From the IMG/VR virus record IMGVR_UViG_3300045911_000150, positions 1 to 57,615 of that record: 57,615 nucleotides of DNA; one strand, written 5' to 3'. Source of the stretch: a virus. Taxonomy: Duplodnaviria; Caudoviricetes. The first letter of the stretch is position 1. The number at the start of each line of letters is the position of its first letter. The position numbers and the translations under genes were made by a program. Below the pieces are notes generated by a model. That model ran no database searches and was not told the DNA's origin. It saw nothing but the letters and a program-made list of their open reading frames with translations. Shown piece by piece: positions 47,694 through 55,350 of this stretch.

Positions 47694-48871
47694 ATCCGCA
47701 CCACCTCTCCGAACGGCACCGCGACCTTGGTCGTGCAGACCGTGATCAGGGGGTAGTCCGGGGCAGAGCCAGGCCACGGAGTCTCGCCGTCCGTGATCAG
47801 CACGACCACGTCGGGGTTCAGCTCTGCGGCGTAGGCCAGCGGCACCCGCATGTCGGTGCCGCCGCCGCCCTTGGGCTCAAGCCGGATGGTGTCGCCGGAC
47901 TCGAACACCTGTTCGCCTGCGACGCGGGTATCGGCCCACAGGACGTGGATCGACCGGGGGTTCACTTCCTCGGCGATGTCCACGATCGAGCCGCCGATGC
48001 TCCGCAGATCGTCGCTGGTGATCGAGCCGGACGTGTCGCCGATCACCACCACCTTGCGGATCTGCGTGCTGTGGCGGCTGGGCAGGTAGACCTGCGAGAA
48101 GCGGCGGTTGCGGCGCGACCACGACTCGTTGGCCTTGACCACCGACCGCATCATGGGGCGCAGCAGCTCCTGCCACGGCACCGGGGGGTGCAGCAGGTTG
48201 TCGAGGGCCCGCAGCAGGCTGCCGGGCATGTTGCCCGCCATGCGGCCCATGTTGGTCGCCTGGGCGATGCGCTCGGTCAGGCGGCGCTCGATCTCGCGCA
48301 GCTTGGCCGGGTCGTGTGCAGCCGCCTCAGCCGCCGGGTCGGGCTTGCCGTCCTTGCCCAGCGAGCCGGGCGCCAGCAAGTCGCTGCCGGTGCCGGGGAT
48401 GCCATCGCCCTGCGTGTTGGGCGCCCCGCTGCCGGAGCCTTTGCCCGATCCGGGCCGCTGCGGGCGCTTGGGCTGCTTCTTCTCCAGCAGGGCGTAGATC
48501 TGCTCGGCGGCCATGTCCTTGTAGGTCTTGTCGACCAGCCCGCCCTCGGGCAGCTTGAACCCGCAGTCGATCAGGATCAGGTTGACGGCGTAGTCACAGG
48601 CCATGTTCCAGACCACAGGGTCTCGGCCCTGCCGCCGCAGCCCGTGCTTGAGCGCGATATGCAGCACCTCATGGGCCAGCACCCCGACGATCTCGTCGAG
48701 CGGCAGGCTGTCGAACCAGTCGGGGTCATAGGCGATGGACACCATGTCGGTGGCCGCCGTGCCGAGCCCCGGCACCCGGATCATGGGCGCGGAGACCAGC
48801 AGGGTGCCGAAGAAGGCTGACTTGAGCAGCAGCCTCGCTCGGGTTTTGAGGACTTTGTCAGAGTGCGGCAT
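47690..48871 (-). CDS. DUF2201-type metallopeptidase plus vWA domain protein
   Basis: TAATD, AHEVLHIAL.H..R, WN.ACDY..N, MIDAS DTSGSI, GGGGTD, ITDG. Confidence 0.9.
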   Translation of the reverse strand: MPHSDKVLKTRARLLLKSAFFGTLLVSAPMIRVPGLGTAATDMVSIAYDPDWFDSLPLDEIVGVLAHEVLHIALKHGLRRQGRDPVVWNMACDYAVNLILIDCGFKLPEGGLVDKTYKDMAAEQIYALLEKKQPKRPQRPGSGKGSGSGAPNTQGDGIPGTGSDLLAPGSLGKDGKPDPAAEAAAHDPAKLREIERRLTERIAQATNMGRMAGNMPGSLLRALDNLLHPPVPWQELLRPMMRSVVKANESWSRRNRRFSQVYLPSRHSTQIRKVVVIGDTSGSITSDDLRSIGGSIVDIAEEVNPRSIHVLWADTRVAGEQVFESGDTIRLEPKGGGGTDMRVPLAYAAELNPDVVVLITDGETPWPGSAPDYPLITVCTTKVAVPFGEVVRI

Positions 48872-48902
48872 GTGTGTAGAACTCCTTGAGGGTAGGGTGA
48901 GG

Positions 48903-48922
48903 TTTGTGACATATGTCACAAA
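48903..48922. promoter_or_regulatory. Palindrome TTTGTGAC-ATAT-GTCACAAA
   Basis: Between the AAA and vWA genes; arms extend to GAGG/CCTC. Confidence 0.85.
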
Positions 48923-48934
48923 CCTCGTGGGGTC

Positions 48935-49951
48935 TCACGGCTGGAACAGGGTGCGATACTGAGTCGCCAGCTTGAGGAACTCAGGCGCACCCAGCAGCGC
49001 GTTGTCGCGCTTGAGCGCCAGCTGCCACGCGAGGATCAGGAACTCCGGGTCCATGCGGGTCAGGTAGGTGTGGAGCGCCGAGACGTTCTTGAGGTCCATG
49101 GCGCCCGAGACCGACACGGCGGTCGCGTAGCGCATGGACAGCTCGTCGGGCAGCGGCGCCCCGGCCGGGTCGGCGAGAATCTTCGAGACCGGGATCACGT
49201 TCTTGATGTTCTCGATGAACCCCCAGAACTCCACCGCCGCGCCCTCGCCAACCAGGCCGGCCATGCCGATCCGCTTGGCTTCCTCGGGCGCCTTGGACGC
49301 ATAGACCCTAAAGGCGGCCATCCACGTGCGCGGGGTGGCGAACACCCGCTCGCCGCGCGCGGGGTCGAAGGTGGACACCAGCGGCTTGCGGAAGGACAGG
49401 AAGGCCACGCACTCGGCCGGGACCTTGCCCATCATGTAGGCCACTGCCACATCCGCCGACACGCCGAGCTCGACGTGGCAGAAGCGGTTGGCCAGCGGCA
49501 GGGGCATCTTGTTGGTGACGCCCTTGTCACCGTCGCGGTTGCCGGCGGCGATCTTGTAGACGTTCGGCTTGAGCCGATGCTCGCCGCAGGCGCCGTCGAG
49601 GATCAGCTGATAGGCCACGGCCATGACCGCCGGTTCGGCCGAGTTGATCTCGTCGAAAAACAGCACGATGGGCCGATTGTCAGGGAAGGCATCGTTGCCG
49701 ACGAAAGGCAACGTGCCGGGCATGTTCCAGACAGTCAGTCCCTTCTCCGGCACCGGGATGCCGCGCAGGTCCACCGAGTCGTACTGGCTGAGGCGGATGT
49801 CCACCAGCACGGCGCCCATGCGGTCGGCCAGCTGACGGACAGCATCCGACTTGCCGACGCCGGGCATACCCCAGATCATCACGGGCAGGTTGAGCGGAAT
49901 CGCCACGGTGTCGAAGAACTGGGCGAGGCTGACGTGATCGACGATATGCAT
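48935..49951 (-). CDS. MoxR/dynein-related AAA+ ATPase
   Basis: WGMPGVGKS, DLRGIP, LFFDEIN, AAGNR, LANRF, TPRTW. Confidence 0.9.
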   Translation of the reverse strand: MHIVDHVSLAQFFDTVAIPLNLPVMIWGMPGVGKSDAVRQLADRMGAVLVDIRLSQYDSVDLRGIPVPEKGLTVWNMPGTLPFVGNDAFPDNRPIVLFFDEINSAEPAVMAVAYQLILDGACGEHRLKPNVYKIAAGNRDGDKGVTNKMPLPLANRFCHVELGVSADVAVAYMMGKVPAECVAFLSFRKPLVSTFDPARGERVFATPRTWMAAFRVYASKAPEEAKRIGMAGLVGEGAAVEFWGFIENIKNVIPVSKILADPAGAPLPDELSMRYATAVSVSGAMDLKNVSALHTYLTRMDPEFLILAWQLALKRDNALLGAPEFLKLATQYRTLFQP

Positions 49952-49972
49952 GTTGCAGTCTCCTGTGAGTAG

Positions 49973-49992
49973 TTTGTGACACCCGTCACAAA
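49973..49992. promoter_or_regulatory. Palindrome TTTGTGAC-ACCC-GTCACAAA
   Basis: Between the promoter and the RBS of the AAA gene. Confidence 0.85.
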
Positions 49993-50033
49993 GTTGGGTT
50001 TGGTTGGTAGGCACAGCTTTCCGAACCAAGCAT

Positions 50034-50062
50034 ACACTATCATGGCTCGGACCTTATGTCAA
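50034..50062 (-). promoter_or_regulatory. Sigma70-type early promoter TTGACA-N17-TAGTGT
   Basis: Matches the promoters at 54566-54594 and 57435-57463. Confidence 0.75.
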
Positions 50063-50096
50063 GCATTATCTCACATGTTGAGATTTCTCCCTCGGG

Positions 50097-50387
50097 TCAT
50101 GCGTGCCTCCAGTCGTTGACGATCCGGGGCTCGCCCTCGAACACGAGGTGCAGATTCAGGCCCTCGGCGACGGCCGCGATCTGCGCGGCGACCGTGGGGT
50201 CGTCGGTGTCGGGCTCGCCCTCGATGTCGCGGTAACGCTCCAGCGCGACCAGCGCGAGGATGGTCTCCCGGTCGCAGGCCGGCACACCGTGGAGCGTGTA
50301 GACCAGCGGCCACGGCGAGCACGGCGGGAACGGGGTGGCGGACTCCGTGACGATGGCGGTCACGGTGCGCGCGGTGTGGCAGTTCAT
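50097..50387 (-). CDS. Hypothetical early protein
   Basis: CAACACATGGAGACCTGAC-ATG leader. Confidence 0.7.
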   Translation of the reverse strand: MNCHTARTVTAIVTESATPFPPCSPWPLVYTLHGVPACDRETILALVALERYRDIEGEPDTDDPTVAAQIAAVAEGLNLHLVFEGEPRIVNDWRHA

Positions 50388-50415
50388 GTCAGGTCTCCAT
50401 GTGTTGAGGTTTAGG

Positions 50416-50435
50416 TTTGTGACACACGTCACAAA
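50416..50435. promoter_or_regulatory. Palindrome TTTGTGAC-ACAC-GTCACAAA
   Basis: 1 bp after the upstream stop. Confidence 0.85.
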
Positions 50436-50436
50436 G

Positions 50437-50697
50437 TCAGGCTTCGGGCAGGGACTCCCACAGGTGGTAGGACTCGTCGCCGCCCGTGGGCAACCACTCA
50501 ACCTCGTAGGGCTCGATGCCCTCGTCTTCGCACTGGCAGGACCATTCGGACGCCCAGTACTCGATGTGCGTGTCGGACTCCTGGCGGCAGTAGTGGTTGC
50601 GCCAGACGCACGGGTTGCCGCTGGTGTCCACGTCGAGGTGGGCGAAGTCGGGGTGCCCGAGGCGCACGAGGTCCGCGCGGGTCTGGTAGGCGGTCAT
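50437..50697 (-). CDS. Hypothetical early protein (acidic, Cys/Trp-rich)
   Basis: ATGA-coupled; NHYC...WSCQCED. Confidence 0.65.
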   Translation of the reverse strand: MTAYQTRADLVRLGHPDFAHLDVDTSGNPCVWRNHYCRQESDTHIEYWASEWSCQCEDEGIEPYEVEWLPTGGDESYHLWESLPEA

Positions 50698-51224
50698 GCT
50701 TCAATCTCCAGATGTGCGACGGCCTCAGCCGCCATGGCGAACGGATCGTCGCCGACGAGCAGGAACCCGTCCGCGTCGTTGTCGGGATCCCAGAGAACCC
50801 ACCGGCCCTTGTGCTCGGCCGCACGGGCGATCAGGGCCTCGGCGTCGTTCAGCTCCTTGCGCGCCTCGGCCTCGAACGCCGGGCGCAGGTCGATGGCGTA
50901 GCCGTGCGCGGTCAGCGCCTGGGTCGCCGGGGACCACGGCCACAGGGTGCCGTCTGCCGGGGCCTCGGACCACATGCCGCCCTCGCTGGGCGACAGGGTG
51001 CAGTCGTTGGCCAGCCACTTGCCATTCTCGTCGGCCCACTTCACCACGGGCACGCCATCGCCGAAGGTCATCTGGCACCCGGTGCAGGTCAGCACGGTGC
51101 CCCGCGGCACGCGCATCGCCCAGCCCTGCTGGGCGTAGGGCCCGGTCGGCTTCATGCCGCTCAGCTGGACATCGTCGGCCACCACGCGCCACTTCTGGCC
51201 GGGCTTGAAGTCTCTCTGGATCAT
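50694..51224 (-). CDS. Hypothetical early protein
   Basis: Conserved leader and RBS. Confidence 0.7.
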   Translation of the reverse strand: MIQRDFKPGQKWRVVADDVQLSGMKPTGPYAQQGWAMRVPRGTVLTCTGCQMTFGDGVPVVKWADENGKWLANDCTLSPSEGGMWSEAPADGTLWPWSPATQALTAHGYAIDLRPAFEAEARKELNDAEALIARAAEHKGRWVLWDPDNDADGFLLVGDDPFAMAAEAVAHLEIEA

Positions 51225-51246
51225 GTTAGGTCTCCATCTGTTGAAG

Positions 51247-51266
51247 TTTGTGACACATGTCACAAA
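51247..51266. promoter_or_regulatory. Palindrome TTTGTGAC-ACAT-GTCACAAA
   Basis: 1 bp after the upstream stop. Confidence 0.85.
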
Positions 51267-51267
51267 G

Positions 51268-51684
51268 TCAGGTCAGCATCCGCACGGCGGTGTTTGCCCG
51301 GTTGTACATGTCGTCGAGCCAGGCGTTCCAGCGCAGCGCGGCGGCGAGGCGCGCAGAGTCGGTCGCCTCGTCGAGCGTGAGCAGGATCGACCCGTCGTAC
51401 GCTTCGTGAAACGTGGCGACAGCAGGCGCGATGGCCGGGTCGAACAGCATGACGGAGGCGTCGTACTCGTCGCCCCGCCCGGAGCGCCACGCGAAGGGCG
51501 TCCCGGTGCCGATCAGGTGGCTCTCCACCGCCTCGGGCAGCGAGCCGTAGTTGACTTCTTCCCAGCCGTACTGGATCGGCGAGTCAACGTCGGTCGGCTC
51601 GCCCAGCGCGCTCGTGAGGCGCTCCATCAGCTCCGGCGTCGGCGGGCTGGCGAGGATCAAGATGCAGTAGGTGCGATCACTCAT
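51268..51684 (-). CDS. Hypothetical early protein
   Basis: CATGGAGACCTGAC-ATG leader without a palindrome. Confidence 0.7.
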   Translation of the reverse strand: MSDRTYCILILASPPTPELMERLTSALGEPTDVDSPIQYGWEEVNYGSLPEAVESHLIGTGTPFAWRSGRGDEYDASVMLFDPAIAPAVATFHEAYDGSILLTLDEATDSARLAAALRWNAWLDDMYNRANTAVRMLT

Positions 51685-51753
51685 GTCAGGTCTCCATGCG
51701 GTTGGTGCAAGCGCGGGCCGTGGGGTAGACCACGCCGCGTACCTCGATCTGCA

Positions 51754-52098
51754 TCACCAGTCGTAGAGCGGCAGCTGGTCCAGCGTGTCGCCGTCCCTGT
51801 CGAGGCACAGCCAGACGCAGCCCAGTTTGCGCGCACAGGTCATGCAGTCCGCGAGGTCGGGCGGCAGGGTGTCGCTGCACTCGGCCCACGCCTGCGCGTC
51901 GCCCGGCACGTGGATCCACCAGCCGTAGTCGCCCTTCGGATACACGGTCAGGCGCAGGCGGGGCTGTCGTGCCCACGGGTCGGTCGCGCGGGTCATGCGC
52001 CGGCAGTGGCTGTCCAGCCGCTGCGCGGTGCTTTCGCGGATGTGTCCGGTGCTGATGGTGAGCATGAGCTCGACGCCGACGGGATGTCGGTAGTCCAT
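51754..52098 (-). CDS. DUF5983-like protein
   Basis: LTISTGHI, YGWWIHV, LP.DL.....AR..GC.W...DRDG.....LPLYDW. Confidence 0.75.
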   Translation of the reverse strand: MDYRHPVGVELMLTISTGHIRESTAQRLDSHCRRMTRATDPWARQPRLRLTVYPKGDYGWWIHVPGDAQAWAECSDTLPPDLADCMTCARKLGCVWLCLDRDGDTLDQLPLYDW

Positions 52099-52126
52099 GT
52101 CAGTTCTCCATGTGTTGAGGTTTAAG

Positions 52127-52146
52127 TTTGTGACATGTGTCACAAA
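52127..52146. promoter_or_regulatory. Palindrome TTTGTGAC-ATGT-GTCACAAA
   Basis: Contains the stop codon of 52140-52544. Confidence 0.85.
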
Positions 52147-52544
52147 GTCAGTGCAGCCGCTGCGCGCAGCCGGGTGAACCAGTCGGGGTGCAGGCTGATG
52201 GAGTAGTCCCACTCCACGCAGGTTGCGAGGAACAGGGGGCAGTACTCGAAATCGAAGGCCACGGGATCGTGCTCGGGGCTCAGCGCGGCCCAGCCGATGT
52301 CGCAGGGCAGCACTATCTGCGACACGGCGTGGCGCAGTCCGATCGAGCCGTACCTGACCCGGACAGCGGCGTAGGTCTGCGCCACCGCGCTTTCGCCGGG
52401 GTCGATGAAGGCTTCCCAGAGGCACATCGCCGTTTCCAACTCGCTCTTGCGCGAGCGCGCCTCGGACTGGCGCAAATAGTCCTCGACACGCGCGATCTCG
52501 GTCAGGGTCATCTGTGCAGCCCAGTTGGGGGGAATGTGCTTCAT
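52140..52544 (-). CDS. Hypothetical early protein
   Basis: GGAGG RBS; ATGA overlap; FDFEYCP. Confidence 0.7.
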   Translation of the reverse strand: MKHIPPNWAAQMTLTEIARVEDYLRQSEARSRKSELETAMCLWEAFIDPGESAVAQTYAAVRVRYGSIGLRHAVSQIVLPCDIGWAALSPEHDPVAFDFEYCPLFLATCVEWDYSISLHPDWFTRLRAAAALTL

Positions 52545-52762
52545 CGCTTCTTCCTCCGGGCGAAGATCTCGATGCCGAGGTCGAGGTTGATGGCGAACAG
52601 GGTGTAGTCGCGCGGCCAGCGCGTCTTGCCCCGACGGATGGCATAGATCGCCGACGTGGACACGCCGATGCGCTTGCTCAGGCGGTAGACATCCTCGCCG
52701 TGGAGCGCATCGCGCACCACGGCCATCATGTCGGCACCGCTGGCGACGGGGATGTCGGTCAC
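52541..52762 (-). CDS. XRE/Cro-like helix-turn-helix protein
   Basis: LSKRIGVSTSAIYAIRRGKTRWPR; AAGGAG RBS; GTG start. Confidence 0.7.
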   Translation of the reverse strand: MTDIPVASGADMMAVVRDALHGEDVYRLSKRIGVSTSAIYAIRRGKTRWPRDYTLFAINLDLGIEIFARRKKR

Positions 52763-52766
52763 GGGC

Positions 52767-52913
52767 CTACTCCTTCGTGAAGCCGTGGAACCAGCCGGGC
52801 CCGCGGGTGTCGGGGCGGCTGCACCACGCCTGCGCCTCGGCCAGGGTCAGGCCGCGCCGGATGACGCGCCGGCGCCCGCTGCGCGAGAAGCGGATGATCA
52901 TGTAGGTGTCCAT
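52767..52913 (-). CDS. Small conserved phage protein, 48 aa
   Basis: Conserved leader; [14 protein letters not shown]...WF.G. Confidence 0.7.
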   Translation of the reverse strand: MDTYMIIRFSRSGRRRVIRRGLTLAEAQAWCSRPDTRGPGWFHGFTKE

Positions 52914-52941
52914 GTCAGGTCTCCATGTGCTGAGGGTGAAG

Positions 52942-52961
52942 TTTGTGACACATGTCACAAA
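52942..52961. promoter_or_regulatory. Palindrome TTTGTGAC-ACAT-GTCACAAA
   Basis: Contains the stop codon of 52955-53179. Confidence 0.85.
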
Positions 52962-53179
52962 CTCTGGTCGTGCAGGGCGGCGTCGGCCCGGCGAAACTGG
53001 CGGCTGTCGTGCGGGTTGCCGCTGTTGCACATCGGGCACGAGCATTTCCGCAGGTTGTCGGCCCAGCGCAGGACCTTGGTCATGTCGCGCCAGCCGAGGT
53101 GGCGGGTCACGACGGGCAGAGCGCGGGCGATGGCCTTCTGGCGCTGAGCGCGGCGCCAGGCGCGGTCACGGGTGGTCAT
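52955..53179 (-). CDS. Small Arg-rich protein with a CSCPMC..GNP motif
   Basis: GGAG RBS. Confidence 0.6.
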   Translation of the reverse strand: MTTRDRAWRRAQRQKAIARALPVVTRHLGWRDMTKVLRWADNLRKCSCPMCNSGNPHDSRQFRRADAALHDQSL

Positions 53180-53180
53180 G

Positions 53181-53669
53181 TCAGAAAACTCCGATGGAAC
53201 GAAAGCTGGTGGTCTTGTCGGCGGCCACGAGGACGTGGTCGTGCAGGGTCACGTCGATGGTCTTGAGCGCGTCGGCGATCCGGCGGGTCATGTGGATGTC
53301 GGCCTCGCTGGGGCTCACGCTCCCGCTGGGGTGATTGTGGGTGATGATGACGGCCGAGGCGTCGAGCGCCAGCGCCCGCGCCACGATCTGCCGGGGGTAG
53401 ACGGGAACGTGGTCCACGCTGCCCCGCGCCACCTCCTCGTCGGCGATCAGGGCGTTGCGCTTGTCGAGGTAGAGGACGCGGAAGCACTCCACCCGCTGCG
53501 GCCCCAGCGTGACCTTGAGGTAGTCGAGCAGCGCGCCCCACGACTGGATGACGGGCCGGCCGGCGATCATGCGGGCGAGGATGGCCCGCGCCTCGCGCAA
53601 GGTGCGCTGCTGGTCAGGGGTGAGCATGTGCGCCCAGTCCGGCTCCCGGATGTCAGCGATCTTTTCCAT
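53181..53669 (-). CDS. radC: RadC-like JAB-domain protein
   Basis: E.FRVLYLD.RN.LI, V.VYPRQI, HNHPSG...PS.AD...T, LHDHVLV. Confidence 0.92.
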   Translation of the reverse strand: MEKIADIREPDWAHMLTPDQQRTLREARAILARMIAGRPVIQSWGALLDYLKVTLGPQRVECFRVLYLDKRNALIADEEVARGSVDHVPVYPRQIVARALALDASAVIITHNHPSGSVSPSEADIHMTRRIADALKTIDVTLHDHVLVAADKTTSFRSIGVF

Positions 53670-53696
53670 GTGTCGTCTCCTTGTGTGTGAGTCAAG

Positions 53697-53716
53697 TTTG
53701 TGACATGTGTCACAAA
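53697..53716. promoter_or_regulatory. Palindrome TTTGTGAC-ATGT-GTCACAAA
   Basis: Contains the stop codon of 53710-54003. Confidence 0.85.
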
Positions 53717-54003
53717 GTCTGTTTGCGGCACCAGTCCAGCAGGGCGGGCGGCAGGTGTTTCGCGGCGCAGGCCAGCGCCCCCTCGGGGTCGCTCCGCGCG
53801 CACCGGTCCAGCAGGTCGGGCGGCAGCCGGTGCGCGGCGTGGACCAGCGCCAGCGGCGGATGCTCTCGCGCGCACCAGTCCAGCAGGTCGGGCGGCAGCC
53901 GGTCCGCGGCGTGGACCAGCGCGCGCCACGACGCAGGCTGCTCGTCGTCCGGCAGGCCAAGCAGCGCCACCAGCGCCGCCACCCGGTCCCGCGCGTCGGT
54001 CAC
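53710..54003 (-). CDS. Small helical-repeat protein (3 x about 24 aa, AL..AA..LPP.LLD.C)
   Basis: GTGA overlap with the upstream gene; internal repeats. Confidence 0.6.
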   Translation of the reverse strand: MTDARDRVAALVALLGLPDDEQPASWRALVHAADRLPPDLLDWCAREHPPLALVHAAHRLPPDLLDRCARSDPEGALACAAKHLPPALLDWCRKQTL

Positions 54004-54455
54004 AGCGCCACCCACCGCTGGCCGGTGCGCGGATCGCGGATGGTGACGGTGCGCGTGGGGCCGTACACGTCCTCGATCATGGCCGGGCGGTAGCGGCCCG
54101 AGGCCACGGCCCGGTCGAAGGCATCCAGCACGGACTGGGGAGTCTGCCCCACGTGGGCGCGCGGCCGGGCGACGATGCCCGCCGGCTTGCGCTTGCTGGC
54201 CGGGTCCGGGATCGCGTCGCTGCACTCGGGCAGGGCGGGCGCGCGGCCCACCGACACGGCGCAGGGACTCAGATCGGCCGGCCTGACCACGGGGGCGCTC
54301 TTGCGGCGGCGCGGCTTTGCCGGCGCGGCAGGGTTCAGCCCGAGGCTCATCAGGAACCGCGCGTGGGCGGCATGGGCGGCATCGCGGCTGGCGCGCTCGC
54401 CAGCAGCCAGAGGCGGAGCGGAGCGACCGGAGCGGTCGGCGACATAGATGATCAT
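54000..54455 (-). CDS. Hypothetical early protein
   Basis: CACACACAAGGATACCTGCC-ATG leader; first gene after the promoter. Confidence 0.6.
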   Translation of the reverse strand: MIIYVADRSGRSAPPLAAGERASRDAAHAAHARFLMSLGLNPAAPAKPRRRKSAPVVRPADLSPCAVSVGRAPALPECSDAIPDPASKRKPAGIVARPRAHVGQTPQSVLDAFDRAVASGRYRPAMIEDVYGPTRTVTIRDPRTGQRWVAL

Positions 54456-54486
54456 GGCAGGTATCCTTGTGTGTGAGGTTGAGGAG

Positions 54487-54506
54487 TTTGTGACATGTGT
54501 CACAAA
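54487..54506. promoter_or_regulatory. Palindrome TTTGTGAC-ATGT-GTCACAAA
   Basis: Between the promoter and the RBS. Confidence 0.85.
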
Positions 54507-54565
54507 GTCCGGGCAGGCACTTCGGGCAGTCACTTCGGGCAGGCACTTTTTCGATTATGTGTATA

Positions 54566-54594
54566 AGACTACCACATATTGGGGCTTATGTCAA
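54566..54594 (-). promoter_or_regulatory. Sigma70-type early promoter TTGACA-N17-TAGTCT
   Basis: Perfect -35; AT-rich upstream. Confidence 0.75.
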
Positions 54595-54641
54595 GCATAA
54601 AATATCCCGGAGCGCCTCCATGCGGGGCACTCCGGGCAGGA

Positions 54642-54740
54642 TCGGGCGGCAGAGTCGGGCGGCAGGGTCGGGCGGCAGGGTCGGGCGGCAGGGTCGGGCG
54701 GCAGGGTCGGGCGGCAGGGTCGGACGGCAGGGTCGGGCGG
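54642..54740. repeat. 13-bp tandem repeat (GGGCGGCAGGGTC), about 7.5 copies
   Basis: Seen directly; intergenic. Confidence 0.9.
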
Positions 54741-54771
54741 GACTACTGTGGCGCCGCCTGCGGGGCGCCTG

Positions 54772-55350
54772 TCATTCCGCGGCCTCTCGGGCTGCGGCGG
54801 CCCGAGCCTTGCGCCGGGCCTTCAGCTTGTCGTGGCAGGTCCTGATCACAGCGACGATCAGATCGCACTCCCTGGGGTCAGGACGCTCGGCCCAGATGCC
54901 GCGCATCAGAGTGTCGACCATCGCCCGCGCGGCGCTTCGAGCGTGGCTGCCTCCCCACGGATCGACCTTGCCGTTGTAAGGGGTGCGGGGCGGCAGCCAC
55001 ACAAGGTTGTCCAGCGCGCAGTCGGCAAGAATGCCGTTCTTGTGCTCCAGCACCATGTCCGGGATGTCGGGCTTGAGTCCGAAGGCAGCGGCCACGGCGT
55101 GCTTCAGCTGGATCGCGCAATACTTGCGCTGGCCGTGAACCCGGTGGAAGCCGATCGGCTGGATGAACAGGGTGCCGTTGGGCCGCACGGACGCCTTGAG
55201 CGGGCGGGGATGGTCCATGCGCTGACCGGCGAAGCTGTGCGTGCCTGCCCATGTGCGAACGCGGCCGAGATTGGAAATCTCCACGAGTCCACGGAACTCG
55301 GTGTCTCGGACAGGCGGCAGCGGTTTCCACACTTCTTGAGGGGTCGTCAT
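54772..55350 (-). CDS. NUMOD4/HNH homing-endonuclease-like protein
   Basis: EVWKP...EISNLGRVRT; VA.AF...EHKNG...DCALDNL.W (HNH partly degenerate); AGGAG RBS. Confidence 0.75.
   Translation of the reverse strand: MTTPQEVWKPLPPVRDTEFRGLVEISNLGRVRTWAGTHSFAGQRMDHPRPLKASVRPNGTLFIQPIGFHRVHGQRKYCAIQLKHAVAAAFGLKPDIPDMVLEHKNGILADCALDNLVWLPPRTPYNGKVDPWGGSHARSAARAMVDTLMRGIWAERPDPRECDLIVAVIRTCHDKLKARRKARAAAAREAAE

Noticed and set aside
43786-54506. Classical integron (attC array)
   Set aside because: No tyrosine recombinase recognised; the elements are short perfect dyads without clear RYYYAAC/GTTRRRY ends. Kept only as an analogy
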